A DNA stretch of 64,000 nucleotides from Podarcis melisellensis (lineage: Eukaryota), in the NCBI GenBank assembly GCA_964234715.1, contig OZ174282.1; one strand, 5' to 3'. This document shows, piece after piece, positions 1 through 15,767 of the stretch (position 1 is the stretch's first letter; each line of letters starts with the position of its first letter). The notes beneath the pieces were generated by a model. That model was not told the origin of the DNA. It ran no database searches and was given only the letters and a program-made list of their open reading frames with translations. A program made the translations under genes and the position numbers.

Positions 1-1323
1 CTTTTTCTTTTTTAAAAAAGGTCAAGAAGAAAGCACACTTCATTCACTCACTAATCATCAAGGAATGAGAAGCAGGAAATTCATCTTTTCACTGAAGGGT
101 AAGAGTTTTGAGCCAGGATTAGTGTACTGATCAAGAGCCGAGTCCCACAATGCCAAATTGCTGTGTTGGTTTTTGTGACCAAGCAGCCCAGAGGCAACTG
201 ATGAATGATAAGCAGCTTTTGGCTGAAAGCTGACAAAACGGATGACTCAGGAAATCAATATGTTCTGAGGCTAGAAGCCAAAAACAAAACAACCCCTCTC
301 CACTTCCCCTGGCTGCCATTCATCCATCCAGTCTTTTGATTTCCAAGTTCACTTTGCAGCATGAACCAATTACCTTATCGACAAGCCCTCTTTAAGATGT
401 GTTTGAAAGATTGGAGGTAACTTTCGATTCCACCTCTTTAAGCAAGAGGAAGAGATTTGCCACCCACCCCAACAATATTACTATTGACAGAAAGGCATCA
501 GGATGTTATCAGTCCCCTTTAGGCTGTGTTTTGCAGGGGGCTCAACCTGACAACAAAACAAATATTTCCCTTTAAAAAATAATAATTCCATAATAAATTG
601 ACACAGGAACAGAATCAATATATGGGGACTGACCAGTTTCCCCAACCCAGTATCATGCTGGGATATCAGATTTGAAACATAAACACAGAGTGCAAACAGA
701 GCTTGTTCACATCTTTGACCCAAAACAAATGCTCTGGCGTGAAAGTAAGTACACAAGTAAGGCAGCTCTTCCCCTTTCTCTCTTTGGTGCTGGGAAATGG
801 GGATCAGCATGCAGAGCATTTCACGGCACTGAAGGGGAAAGGGGGAACCCATTCCCTGCTTGGGGACTCTACAACAGCAAGACCCCCTGCCACTCTGGAA
901 CACAGCAATTATGTTTTGGAGGGGAATGATGCCACCTCTCTCAAGGTGGCAGAAGAAGCTAAGTTACAGCATCTCCAGGAGTTTTTTTCCTACTTCCAGC
1001 TAAATACATCTGAGCTTCAATTTGGAATCATGTTTTGGGACCTGCAGCAGCTTCCTGTCAGGTGTGGCACCACATAAGGAGCATCAGAGAATGACACAGG
1101 CATGGGTGAAGCCCCGACCTGACACTCGCTGATCCTCAGTGCCAGGAATTGCACACTTGTCCTTGTCAGTGGCACTGGGGGAGCAAGTGCAGGCAGATGT
1201 ATCCTGAGAATAGGAAAGGGATCCCCCAAGCACAGCCCCTGCAGGTCCCCATGGCAGAGGTGCCTGGATGTGCGCAACTCATGGAAGAAAAGGGGAGGGA
1301 CCAAACAGCCGTGGCTTGCTTAC

Positions 1324-1407
1324 TTCATCACTGAAATTCCTGAAGGCTGCTACTCGTTCCTCCACATATTCTTGACTCAGGGGGACCAGTTTCAGCTGCT
1401 CCATGAT
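1324..1407 (-). CDS. NUP93: NUP93 exon 20 ([28 protein letters not shown])
   Basis: Acceptor cgttacag|, donor GAA|gtaagc; 84 nt; last exon visible in the window. Confidence 0.97.
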
Positions 1408-1617
1408 CTGTAACGAAAGCACAGGAGTAACAATGGACTGTTGTGAAGGGAAATGACAATTTGCAGGCAGTTTACGTATGCAATATCTTCTTCTGTGTTC
1501 ACTCACTTTTCCTTACACACACACTCTATCCTTTTGCACTGAGTGCATACAGTTTAATTTAAGCTCTGAACGAAACTTCTGTATGTACCCTAGTACATAC
1601 CTTGTGAGCGCATACTA

Positions 1618-1859
1618 CAGTGGTACCTCGGGTTACATACACTTCAGGTTACATACGCTTCAGGTTACAGACTCCGCTAACCCAGAAATAGTGCTTCAGG
1701 TTAAGAACTTTGCCTCAGAATGAGAACAGAAATCGTGCTCCAGCGGCACGGCAGCAGCAGGAGGGCCCATTAGCTAAAGTGCTGCTTCAGGTTAAGCACA
1801 GTTTCAGGTTAAGAATGGACCTCCGGAACGAATTAAGTATTTAACCCGAGGTACCAATG
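1618..1859. mobile_element. Tc1/mariner-superfamily non-autonomous MITE
   Basis: TIRs CAGTGGTACCTCGGGTT...AACCCGAGGTACCAATG flanked by TA on both sides (1616-17, 1860-61); internal CAGGTTA repeats. Confidence 0.9.
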
Positions 1860-3234
1860 TAATTGGCAAGTTTTAGCATATAACAGGACTTTAAGCTATG
1901 CAAATCTACCACCAGAAATACTGTGATAAGGACCACTTATGTGTCCTCTTTATTGGGCCTAAGATCAGGAAAATTCTCTCATTTAAGTTCCTGGTGGTCA
2001 TCAGAAAAGCAGCATCTACATAGTGCTTGCACTGTTGCCACATCAATGAATTGTTAATCTTTAAAAGGTGTTCAAGGAAATTCCTGAGGATTCCTCACCC
2101 CCCCAATGCATAACAAAGAGCATTCATAGCGCAAGTTGGATTATTGAACAGTGATCATTTTATCCAGTGATAAAGCAGCCTTCCCCAATGGCCAGGCTGG
2201 CTGAATCTGATAGGAGCTGCAGTCCAAAACACCTGAAAGGCACTAACAGTCTGAACCACTTCAGGAGAATAGGAAGACTGAAACACTCCATCATGAAAAA
2301 CCATTTCCTGTGGCACAGAGCAAACTAGCACACTATGCAGAAAGGGGAAGAGATGGAATCCATCTTTTGCTCGGCTAGGAGTTTGATTCTTGTTTTCAAT
2401 ATAGAAAAAGCATTAAAATATGTGTCACCTTCAATTCCACCTGCTATCTGAAGTTGAACAGACCCAGATCAGCTTTACCTACTTGACTACTATTTGTGAT
2501 AACCAGACAGCTTTTTTTTTAAAAAGGATTAAACCAAATTCATGGAAGACCATGTCTTTAAAAGGAGCTAGATATGACAGCCAAAAACAGAACTTCCATA
2601 TTCCAAGAAAGTATACCTTGGTATATAAAGCACCAGAGATTCTTAGGAGTGGAAAGGACTAGAACCAGGAGCATTCAGATCAGTACTGACACCTGAGACT
2701 GTAGTTCAGAAGGATTTGTGGGCTATGATGCCTGCTCAGACGCTGGAGATAGTCCATCCATCCAGGTAGCTCATTGGTTACCTCTGACCTGGTAGCATTT
2801 TAACAACTTTCAGGTCAGGCTTCACAACCGTCACATTTGCCAGCATTGGCTCTATGCTTGTAAGGCATGGATGGGGACTCCAACTCCCACCAGCCCCAGC
2901 TGGCATGGCCAATGGTCAGGGCTGATGGGAGATGAAGTCCAGCAACAGATTCCCCACAACCTGCTGTAAGGGCTTGCTCTCTTGCCTGCTTCATGCTCAC
3001 TGGATTTTCCCAGAGGTCCTAGTCCTGGAGTCCCATGCCCCTTTATTTCTACTACACCAGCTTTCGTGGGCTACAAAAGCACAGGACCACAAGAAAAGCA
3101 ATCAGGAGGCAGTGCCATCTCCACCATGCTTTGTTTGTGAGTGCCCAAGACTATTTATTTATGTTCCTTGTTGGGCTCGTCAAACTGCAGATCCCAGTAG
3201 CTTTATCTTCTCAAACAAAAAACTTGAAACTTAC

Positions 3235-3352
3235 ATCGAAGGCCCTGTCAATGTGACCGGCATGATATTCATCAAAAAAGGTGATGAGGTCTAACAGGAG
3301 GTAGAATGTGGAGTCAATGGGTTTCTTTGTACTTATTCCCTGTGCTTTATAT
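3235..3352 (-). CDS. NUP93: NUP93 exon 19 ([10 protein letters not shown]...IDRAFD)
   Basis: Acceptor tttttcag|, donor GAT|gtaagt; 118 nt. Confidence 0.97.
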
Positions 3353-4573
3353 CTGAAAAAACCAAAGCAAAACAAGTCACATTCCATCTGAGAAAAGGCT
3401 GCAGTACTATATGTGTGCAACACTTGCTAATTGCAAGCAGCTGAACTTTCAGGAAAGGACATTTCCCCTAGAATGAGTATATTTCGCATTTACATAGTGC
3501 TTCAAACTGCTTCCCACACATTCTCTCAGCAATTTGTCCAGCAACCCTGTAAGGATGGTTAATCTTGTTTTCTCCATACTGCAGCCTGGAGGGAGGAACT
3601 GAGGTTGAAATAACAGAACTGCCCAGGGGCCAACCAATGACTTCAAGGCTTCAAGCTGACAGGAGGGCCAAGGAGTTCTAGTCTCTCTGCTGCTGGATTC
3701 ACTGGCCTTAGGCTGGAGCTGTGCCATGCACACACCCTTCTGCACCACCCTTGCTCAGTGAGTTACCTGCTTGGGGACTGCAGATCAACTCACAACCATG
3801 GTGGAGAAAACTAGAGTTGCCACCCTACCCAGCTGATTCAAGGGAGGGAGAAACACATGAACTTACTTTATGCCAGGTCTATATTGGTACTGACTCTTTC
3901 ACATCACCTGATTTCTGACCTTTTTTTAAAGCTGGAAATGTTAGAAATTTGTGATCTACTGCATGCAACACGTGTGGAAGATAACTTTGGACTGCCCCTG
4001 CTCTGAACTGATGGCAATGGAGTGGGCAAGGGGACAGAGGGGCACAGCAACTCTATGGGGAGCAGGCAGGATCAGAACTTGACAGGGAGCTCCTACCACC
4101 AGAAGGGGTGAAGCTTAGCTTGATTTGCATGTCTGTTGGTGAAATCAATGGGAGGAGCCAGGACACTGAAGAAGAACACAGGTTTTCCACAGCTTGTGTG
4201 GAACCTCCTCCTCTGTGGGTAGGTTTTATGGACTGACGAAAGCCTTTAATTCATTCATTACAGAACAGAGTTGGAGAATTACTGAATTAAGTTAAGTATA
4301 AAACTGTTCAGATTATATATCTAGATTCACTCTCCTGTGGACTTTTTGCTTTCCAGTTTTGATAATGGCATAAATTTACACACACATATAACACATACAT
4401 ACACACCTGAGAAGCGTGCAGGATTGAATGCTGAAAATGCACAGCAACAAAAAGCAGTGTGGGACACATCCAAGCCATGTGTCTTTTCAACAAACTCATC
4501 ATTAAAGGTATTCCTCAAGCTACAGTGACCATGGTCATGAAACTCAGTTCCCCTCCTGGAGGCTGTTCTCTCA

Positions 4574-4693
<120 letters not shown>

Positions 4694-6080
4694 CTAAGGA
4701 AAGTGCAAACAGGGAAGAGAAGAACTGCAGAGCCCAGAGACAAGAAGATGCATTTCAAAGACACACAACCAAGGGAGTTCAGGGTAGGGGGCAGGGGGAG
4801 ACTTTTTTTTGGTAAAATGTAGAAACTCCCAAGAAAAACTGAGATCTTCAGCAGCAAAAACAATGTATGAGAACATGGAAGAAAGACTTTTGGGTTGTGG
4901 TATGGGTGGAACCTGCAGCCCTCCTGTGGTGGAGAGGAAAATGTGTGTGTATGTGCATGTGTGTGATAGAAATGGAAGAGAGAAATGAGGGCCCTCTGTC
5001 TATTTTGGATTCTAGTCCTCCCTCTGCCCCAATGGCAACATGTGACTCCCAATAGATTAGCCCTGAGGAAATGCAACTTTCATTAGGAAAAAAGGGTTCT
5101 TGGCTCCTGATCTATGGCATCATCCTTTGGAGGGAGTGGAGGAATAGCACAGGAGTAGTAATACTGCTCTGCTCCCTGAGAGCCTCCACTTTCACTAAAA
5201 AATAAACAAACAAATGTAGTTTCTTGTCCTTTTCTCATCCTAGGTCTGGTGAAGTCTCAGAAAACATAGAAGCAGCTAAGTGGGAATTTCAGTGGCTGGG
5301 GCTTCAGTGCCCTTGTCCCTATCATCTCAAGCAAAACCAAAAATAATTATGCCAAAACAGCATAGGAAAAATCTGAGAAATTACCCAGATGTGTTCAACC
5401 TGCACAACTGATACAGATCACAAACTCCAGCTCATGTTTGCACAGCATCTCGATTGTGCAAAATTTTGTTTTATTTTTAGCACACAGTTGAGGCTGGAGT
5501 CCAAAGAGCTGCTTTGGCTCACCCGAGGGACTTCTACTAAACCAGTGGCACTTTTGACCTTCTTTCCATTGAGCAGCTAATCCAGCTTCAAAGGCAGTTT
5601 GGCATATGAAATTGGGAGGGGTGCCGATGTTGGAGGAAAAACAGATCTAAATAAAACCCCTTTGAGCTGACACTGTTCCAGCAATTTTCCTGTAGTGCTC
5701 AGATAACTGTTGTGTGTTGCTCTGCTATTCTTCAATCTGCAGTGGCTAAACTGCTAATTAGTTGATAACTTACACATTGCCATTACTAACCAGATATTAC
5801 TATCTGGTGGTCCAATCCTGTGAACCTTTCTACAAAGATTAACTATTCAGAGTGGTGCACAGAAGGAATCCTGAAAGGCCAGATAAAACAAAGGCCAGAA
5901 ACATACAGGGCCAGATAACTAAAGGAAAAAAATAAGCATACTTTGATTCAGAGGCTGCAGCTGGCCCTAGTGTTGTAAATTCAGGTCACATTTCCAGAGA
6001 CCACAATGCCTCCTAGCTAATCCCTACTGATCTAAAAATTAAACGAACTTCTTGGCCAGCAGTGATGGAAACCTGCTTAC

Positions 6081-6197
6081 CTTGGCAAGGTCATAAAGTT
6101 TGGTAGCTTCTTCAAAGAGACCTTTACTTTCTGCCACTGAAGCAACTTTATTAATAAGTGGTTTGGTGTCTCTAGTAAACTTATCAATCACTCCAGG
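6081..6197 (-). CDS. NUP93: NUP93 exon 17 ([10 protein letters not shown]...LYDLAK)
   Basis: Acceptor ttcatcag|, donor AAG|gtaagc; 117 nt. Confidence 0.97.
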
Positions 6198-7133
6198 CTG
6201 ATGAAAGAATACAAATAAAGAAGGGAGATAAAATACTTGGACAACAGAAATACTATAAACTTTTAGATGAGTCTTATCAACTGGCAACAACATTTTTGTA
6301 TGAAAGATTATGGCTAATTTTACAGATTGTAATCTAAATCTGTTAACAATCTTGTGGCAGCGAGTTTCTCAGTATCAGAAAGCAAATGTCATTGCCTTTC
6401 CTCCCTTTCTGACTCTAAAATCACTCTTTGGTCTCTGTCTGCTGGGGCTACAGGGCAAGGTGGAATTATGGGCATTGCAGGGACAGAATATGTTGGCACT
6501 ATGTGATTTAAGTTACCGTCAGGCCCTTTGAGTAAGTCTCAAAGGTTAGGAGAACCATAGCTGGAAACTGTAATACACACACACACCTACCTCACATTTT
6601 TCCCTGGTGGGATACTAGAAGAATGAGGAGGAAGGGGCTTTCTCTTGATCTGCCCTTTCATACTAGTTTTCTTTGCCCTTCACTAATAGGTGGTGGAGGG
6701 GTTTGATGAGAAATCTGAAAAGGCTGAAGGAACACACCTGTCCTTTTTCTGGGCTTAGTTCCCTAACCTGTGCTAATCGTTTCTTTCTATCATCCTGTAA
6801 TGCTGAGCTGTCTGAATAATCTCCTGCGTGTTTATTTGAGGCACAAGAAGCTGCTTATTTGGGTGGCTAAAGACCAGCACAGACTGCAGGCCTTGGAAAG
6901 TTTGGGAATTATGACATCCACTGTAACTGCTGTTGAGGTTAACCGGGCCAGATTTGAAACTGTAGTTTAGAACCTGGGTTAAGAAGAACCCTGGTTTACC
7001 ATAACCGTGTTTAAGTTTGAGCAATTAATTTCAATACTGAAAAACCAACAGGGAACCTGCAAAAACAATAATTACAGCCAGCAATCAAATAGTAGTGGGG
7101 GTGGGGGTGGGAAAACATTATATATGAACTTAC

Positions 7134-7178
7134 TTTTCTACTGCCATCATTCTCCAGCTTTCCAAGAATCATATCAAA
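7134..7178 (-). CDS. NUP93: NUP93 exon 16 (FDMILGKLENDGSRK)
   Basis: Acceptor catgggtag|, donor AAA|gtaagt; 45 nt. Translated by hand. Confidence 0.95.
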
Positions 7179-7374
7179 CTACCCATGAAAAGGAAAAACA
7201 AAATAAAGTTAGGAGGGTGTGCTAACACTCTGAGGGATGACTGCAATATTGTGATTTAAGGATTTAACACCCCTGGTGGTGGGGTTCCACTGCTGCACTG
7301 GAAGCTACTTTTGAAGAAGGGTGATTTCCACCCTAAACTAAGGAAGGAAAAGGTGCAACTGGAACCTGGCATAC

Positions 7375-7447
7375 CTCTCTGCTCTCAATCACTAGTTCGC
7401 TCACACAGCGCAAGAACATGTTGTCCCCTTGGCTGTCCTTCTCATTC
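7375..7447 (-). CDS. NUP93: NUP93 exon 15 ([24 protein letters not shown])
   Basis: Acceptor ttttgcag|, donor GAG|gtatgc; 73 nt. Confidence 0.97.
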
Positions 7448-7546
7448 CTGCAAAAGAAGAGCAGAAAGGAAGAAAAGCACTGCAGTTTGACTGTTTCCTG
7501 CTTTGCTTTTAACACAGCAGCTGTTAAAAAAACAGCCCGGCCTTCA

Positions 7547-8440
<894 letters not shown>

Positions 8441-8729
8441 GCTGTGTTCTAATGCCAGTGCCAAAGGCAGTAAATGCCTCTGAATAATGGCTGCAGGGGA
8501 TTACGTGTGGAAACTGCTGTTGCGCACATATCCTGATTGTAGGTTTCCCTGAAGCATTTATCTGGTTGGTCACTGAGAGAACTGAGCCATGTCCCTTTCT
8601 CTAACCAGGTTAGGTCCAAAAGATCTTCATTTCATTGATCTGGGCATAATTTCTCATTTGCAATCAGGCAATTAATTCATTTTTTTTAAGATAACCTTTT
8701 TTTTTTTTTTTTTACAAATTTCTGCCCTA

Positions 8730-9119
<390 letters not shown>

Positions 9120-9599
9120 TTAATCAGGGGAAGCTGAAGGAAACTAGTCACAAAATCAAACATTGTTTGCATTGCACCAAATTGACCTATGATTATTTAG
9201 AGAAAAGTTAAAATAAAAAGTAAAGTAGCAGAGGAAGCAATATTATCTATTGCTTAACCTGACCCGTCGCCTGAAAATGTTCAAGGTGCTTGACCATTTA
9301 TAAAATTATAAACATTTATTAAAACAATACTAGTAATGTCAGATTCACATGCCAGTAATTCAAGCCATGAATTACCAATTTTTCAGGCACCCTTAACTAT
9401 TTAAGTTGGCTTGTCCACCTTTTAAATGGGTATAACTCAATGTTTCTCAAACTTGGGTCTCCAGCTGTTGTTGGACTACATCTCCCATCATCCCTAGCCT
9501 GCAGGACTAGTGGTCAGGGATGATGGGAGTTCTAACTCAAGGTCTCGACTTTTTACATTGCCTTTATTTTACAAAAACTACCAGGCGTGCATACATATA

Positions 9600-10103
<504 letters not shown>

Positions 10104-10406
10104 CTACACACAAGAGGGAGAAAGTGATGCTAAGGCTTTCCTTGCATGCAACAAAAAGCTTCTCTTCAAAAGTCAAACAAGTGAAAAGCAAACAAAGGTT
10201 GCCACCAATCAAAATGAAATCAGGTAAACAACAACAAACTGTGCTCTTATAAACGGGTAAGTGATCCTGAATCTGAGAGGCACAGCCACATATTCTACAG
10301 CTTTGGGCAAGTGACTTCTCTCTCAGCCTCAGTTTTCCACATCCTAACAAGACGACTAGACTGGCCAGCCTTTTTTAGGCTTATGCTGAGACAACAGTGT
10401 GTTAAG

Positions 10407-10554
10407 CAGGGATGGGGAACCTGTGGCCATCCAAATGTTGCTGGACTACAATTCCCATAACCCCTGATTATTGGCCATGCTGGGCAAGACTGATGGGAGT
10501 TGGAGTCCAACATCATCTTGGAGTGGGGAGGGGAGCACAGATTCCCCATCCCTG
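10407..10554. mobile_element. hAT-type palindromic MITE (best-preserved copy of a family with many remnants here)
   Basis: TIR CAGGGATGGGGAA...TTCCCCATCCCTG; internal inverted GGACTACAATTCCCAT / ATGGGAGTTGGAGTCC. Related fragments near 2200, 2875, 9440, 10905, 23270, 23600, 24720, 41030, 45260 and 57010. Confidence 0.8.
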
Positions 10555-11216
10555 CTATACAGGGAAACACTCCCAATAACCCTCTGTTCACGTTCCTGAT
10601 ATGACTCTGCCTTTGCCTGATGAGACCCTAATTTGAAAGGTCCTGTGCTACAGAGCGCTTCTTCCCTGAGTCTCATGTCCAGCTAGAACAAGACACTTGG
10701 TCTGATGTTGAAAATATTTTGAAAATGACAATGGCACCACTATTTTGCCCAAGAGGATTGTGTTAATACCTTACAGATCATATCTGGAAGTACTTTAGCC
10801 CTGGACTGGATCTTCACCAGTTCTTTTATTTATAGATCTGCTTGTATCCCGATTCTTCCAGCATAAATCAGACCCTCTGAACACCTAATACAGGCACAGG
10901 AAAACTCAGCCCTCCAGATGTTTTGGGACTACAACTCCCATCATCCCTGACCACCGATCCTGTTAGCTTCAGCAGAAGGAAAGAAAAACTCTCAAAACGA
11001 ACAAAAAATATCAAAAATCAGGAAGAAGCACATCAGAAGTCAGAAAAAGCACACCTAAACAAGGCTGTTTTGACCTGCTGCCCAAATGCACAGAGTGAAG
11101 AAGACTCCCCTGGAGACCTGGCAACACAGCAGGCCACAGTTCTCATAATCCTTTGCAACTCACTGGTGGGAGCTGGGATACATAAGAGGGTATTCTCCAG
11201 AGGAAGGCAGTGTTCA

Positions 11217-11492
<276 letters not shown>

Positions 11493-11768
11493 TCAGCTTA
11501 CAGCCCACAATAAGACAGGTCCCTCCTACCAGTGTGCCAGTTGATTGACCCACACTGGCTCTGCGTGTGTTGCTCACAACATCCAACACTGTGTGCATGC
11601 AGCAAGCAATGTAGGTGTAAGGACCCCAGCAGAGCAACAAAAGCAACAGCTTTGTTTCCACTAACTTAAAGAACCGAACTTGCCACGTGCAACTAAAAAT
11701 GGGCAATGTTAACATCAGCCTTTCCAGCTGAGAAGACATGTGTCATAAGGGTTCAAGCAAAAACCTTA

Positions 11769-12035
<267 letters not shown>

Positions 12036-12786
12036 CTAAAGAAAACAGATAAATGGTAAAAACAGAGAGGAAACCTTTCTTGATGTTGTGATTAAGGTCC
12101 AGTTCCCACAGGTGAGAAACCTATGTTTGGGGTGTCCTGCTTCAGGCTGCAGGTAATGCCTGAACGCTCTTCCACACAAAACAATCCCCTGTGCATGGAG
12201 AACTGGGTAGCCTTGCTTCATCCCTAACATGCTAGATTTCTACATGCAAGATTTTCCTTTGTACATTCATGGAAGCATCTTTAACTTAACTGAGCCGACC
12301 AGGAATGGCAGGGAGGGAATTTTAGCAGATTTTAGGTCCCTCTGTACACAAAGTGTAGCTGACATGGTGCCCTCCAGATATGTCAATAGTGAGGGATGAG
12401 GGAATTTGGAACCCAAAATACCTGGAGGAAACCATGATGGCTACCCTTGCACATACACACACACACGTCACAACAGACACACAATCTGTTCTGGAGGGCT
12501 GGGGGATGCTGTGGAACAGTCTGGAAGATGGCTAAGGGAGCTGCAGAAGGAAGCAGTGAAAATTGCCTCTCCCACTCACTGAAACTTCTGCTAGATTCAG
12601 ATATCCTTGCTGTTCACAGGAGAACACCACTGAATACAACCACTGAATACAACTTAATCTTTTTTTAAAGATTAGACTACCCACAGCCCTGCCCCATAAG
12701 CAACTGCAAAGAGATACCTTTCTCATGCTCTCTTCTTGGCATACATGACAACCCCCTACTCAACCCCCAAATTTATGCATGGGTTA

Positions 12787-13041
<255 letters not shown>

Positions 13042-14068
13042 TTACTTAACATAGTTTTAAAGAAGTATTTAAATATATGCTTACAATTTCCACCTTAATG
13101 AGCTACGCCAGGTGATGGATTCCACTCAGCTTTATGGTGAGTATACAACCCACAGGAATAGCATTTGAGAGGGCATTGTGCTGCACAACTTGGATGTCCC
13201 CAACCTGTTCCTTTAAGACTGTTCTCTCCCCTAGCCCTCCATTTTCTGCAAATGAAACAGTCATGTCCCAGAGTTCGAATAATGTTGCTCTTTTCACCAG
13301 GGTGGCTTATTTCCAGTTTATGGCCATCTTGAGTGTTTCCCATCTCTGTCCTGGGACTGCATTGGGATCGCCTGGTTAATCCTGATGGTTAAACTCCTAA
13401 AAGCAGGCTGTTGTTACACAATCCTGTGACCCTAATCACACTAGCCCATCAATGAGATGATTCCATATTTGAGGTTTCCAGAAGCCTTTTTATAAGCAAC
13501 TAAAATAGGCTAGCTACAATTGGATTGAACTGTTTCTTTTGTTTCAATGTTCTGTTCTGAAAAGTATGTCACCCTGGTCTTGGGGAATAGAGAGGTACAT
13601 GAGATGCTATCCCCTGCTTCCCACTGTGGTTATTTCTTTGGGGTCTCCAGAGGTCACTCCTCTCTGGAGTCAGAGAGTGACAAATGGGTGTGGTGACAGC
13701 TACGTGAGTGCATTGAGCACGGCTATAGTTTACCCAGCCTGGCTGTTGGGGGAAGGACATGAGTGAAAGGTTCATCCCTTCCACCCATTAAAGGGATCCC
13801 AGTTCCAGTCAGCCTCCTTGCATGCTGGAAGATTCCACCACCCACCCACCCACCCAGGATCAGATATTGCAACGATGTTCCAAGTCTGCTTTCTTTGGTA
13901 CTGAGGTGGCAATGCTTATAGAGGACACCTAACAGTTACATCTTCCTTGCATTGCATTTTCAGTTAATATATGAATGGGTGGTAGATCTTTCGGAAGCAC
14001 TATTACATCTATAGGCATCTGTAACAACAAATGAAAGCTCCTGAGTTCTAACTATTTTGCTGCACTAC

Positions 14069-14208
14069 CTTTGCTCGAGGTACTGGAGGGCCTGCTTGAC
14101 AAACTCCATCTGCACTTCCATGCTTGTCCGGACCTTCAGCGCATCACTTGCAGGAACCAGCAAAACATCAGTCATTTGCTTCACCATAGCCCACAAGTCA
14201 GAAATGTT
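14069..14208 (-). CDS. NUP93: NUP93 exon 8 ([11 protein letters not shown]...QYLEQS)
   Basis: Acceptor ttttgcag|, donor AG|gtagtg; 140 nt. Confidence 0.96.
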
Positions 14209-14395
14209 CTGCAAAACAACAACCAACCAAGTCAAATGACTAGAAGAAGCTACCACTAAAAGAAGCTGCATCCTTATCTTCATGAGAATGGCATATTAAA
14301 TGGACAGGGTACATGGTAGCGGTTCACAGGAACACTGTTGCTGACAGTACTAACTATCCTCACTTTCCTAAGATAGTAGTCTTAAATGTTTTCAA

Positions 14396-14489
14396 CACTA
14401 GCATCATATGTACAGACATGGCAACAATAAAGCAATATGTCCTCACATATTGCTTTATTGTTGCCATGTCTGTACATACGATGCTAGTG
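14396..14489. repeat. 45-bp inverted repeat with 4-nt spacer
   Basis: 14396-14440 is the reverse complement of 14445-14489 at 44 of 45 positions. Confidence 0.98.
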
Positions 14490-15168
14490 GTAGTGATGTG
14501 ACCCACCTTAGATCAGGCCACAACCTGGTAGTGGGCCCTCACCCATGAGTTGAAGACCAATGGCCCAAGGCTACAACTGTATTATAAAGGCTTTAAAGCA
14601 GCTGAAATTAAGTTGTACTCTTATGGCCCAGGGGATTCTCTCTCTCTCTCTATATATATTGCTGGAAAAGGTTTCTCTACCATGGGATGGACATGCAGCT
14701 TCCAGAAAGTCAAGTATTATATGTAGTGTCCATCGTTTCATAAGTTACAGTGTGATTAGTAGACCATATGACACTAGAGTCTGTTCAGTGCCCCCCAAAA
14801 CAAGGGATGGAGTTCAATGTTGTGCTGACATGATCATTCCATCAGTGCAAGCATTTCTGCTTGCCTGGATGAATGATCTCCCCCACCCCTTGTGCTGTTC
14901 TGGGGGTTCTCCTGAACCTCCAGAGAAGATTTTGGGAAGAGGCATGGCGGCAAGCACTGTGGTGCTGGGGGCAGTTCTTTGCTGGCTTCTGCTAGTATAC
15001 CAGGTTACTTGAATTTGGACCAAGATGTCTACTGCCACCAACCACTGCTGTATGCAAAAATGCCTGTATGCAGCAATCTATGGGCATATGGAAGAAGCAG
15101 CCAGTGTTTCCTCCATCAGCAGGCTGCTCAGCTCAGTTGAGCACAAGCAGAGCATCTCCTTATGCTCA

Positions 15169-15300
<132 letters not shown>

Positions 15301-15767
15301 CTAGCACAAGTACCCCTTCCCCCAGTGCTTTTTCCCTCCAACCCCTTCCCTCCCTGCTAACCACAGAAGAATCTGAAACAAGCCTCCAGATCACATGGTC
15401 TTGGGGGAGTGCTCCTGCCAGCAAGTGCCCCCGTTTCATTGCCTCGCAGCAATGGTGCATCAGGGGATACAGAGGAATACAAAATGTTCTGCCACATTTA
15501 TTCTAAAGCCCCAGGCAGGCCTCAGGGTTGGGAGCGAGGCAGGATTTCTCACTGTTCCACATGGCCTATCTCTAAGGACAACATAAGAGGATCAAATACT
15601 GGCAGGTATGTAAGGGGTTTTTAAGTACATGCTCACATGGTGACACAATGGCCATATCTGCATAAGTCCAGGTTGCTGACTTAGTGTGGTTCATGTGGAA
15701 CAAGCTTTGTGCTGCTACATGATGCTCGATTGCTCCCACTACACTCCTCATGTGTGGAAGAATGCAA

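Noticed and set aside
481-903. 140-aa minus-strand ORF containing LKGT and NIL, superficially like NUP93 exon 21
   Set aside because: The motif order and surrounding residues do not match the expected IRHNLSEVLLATMNILF continuation, so exon 21 must lie outside the window.
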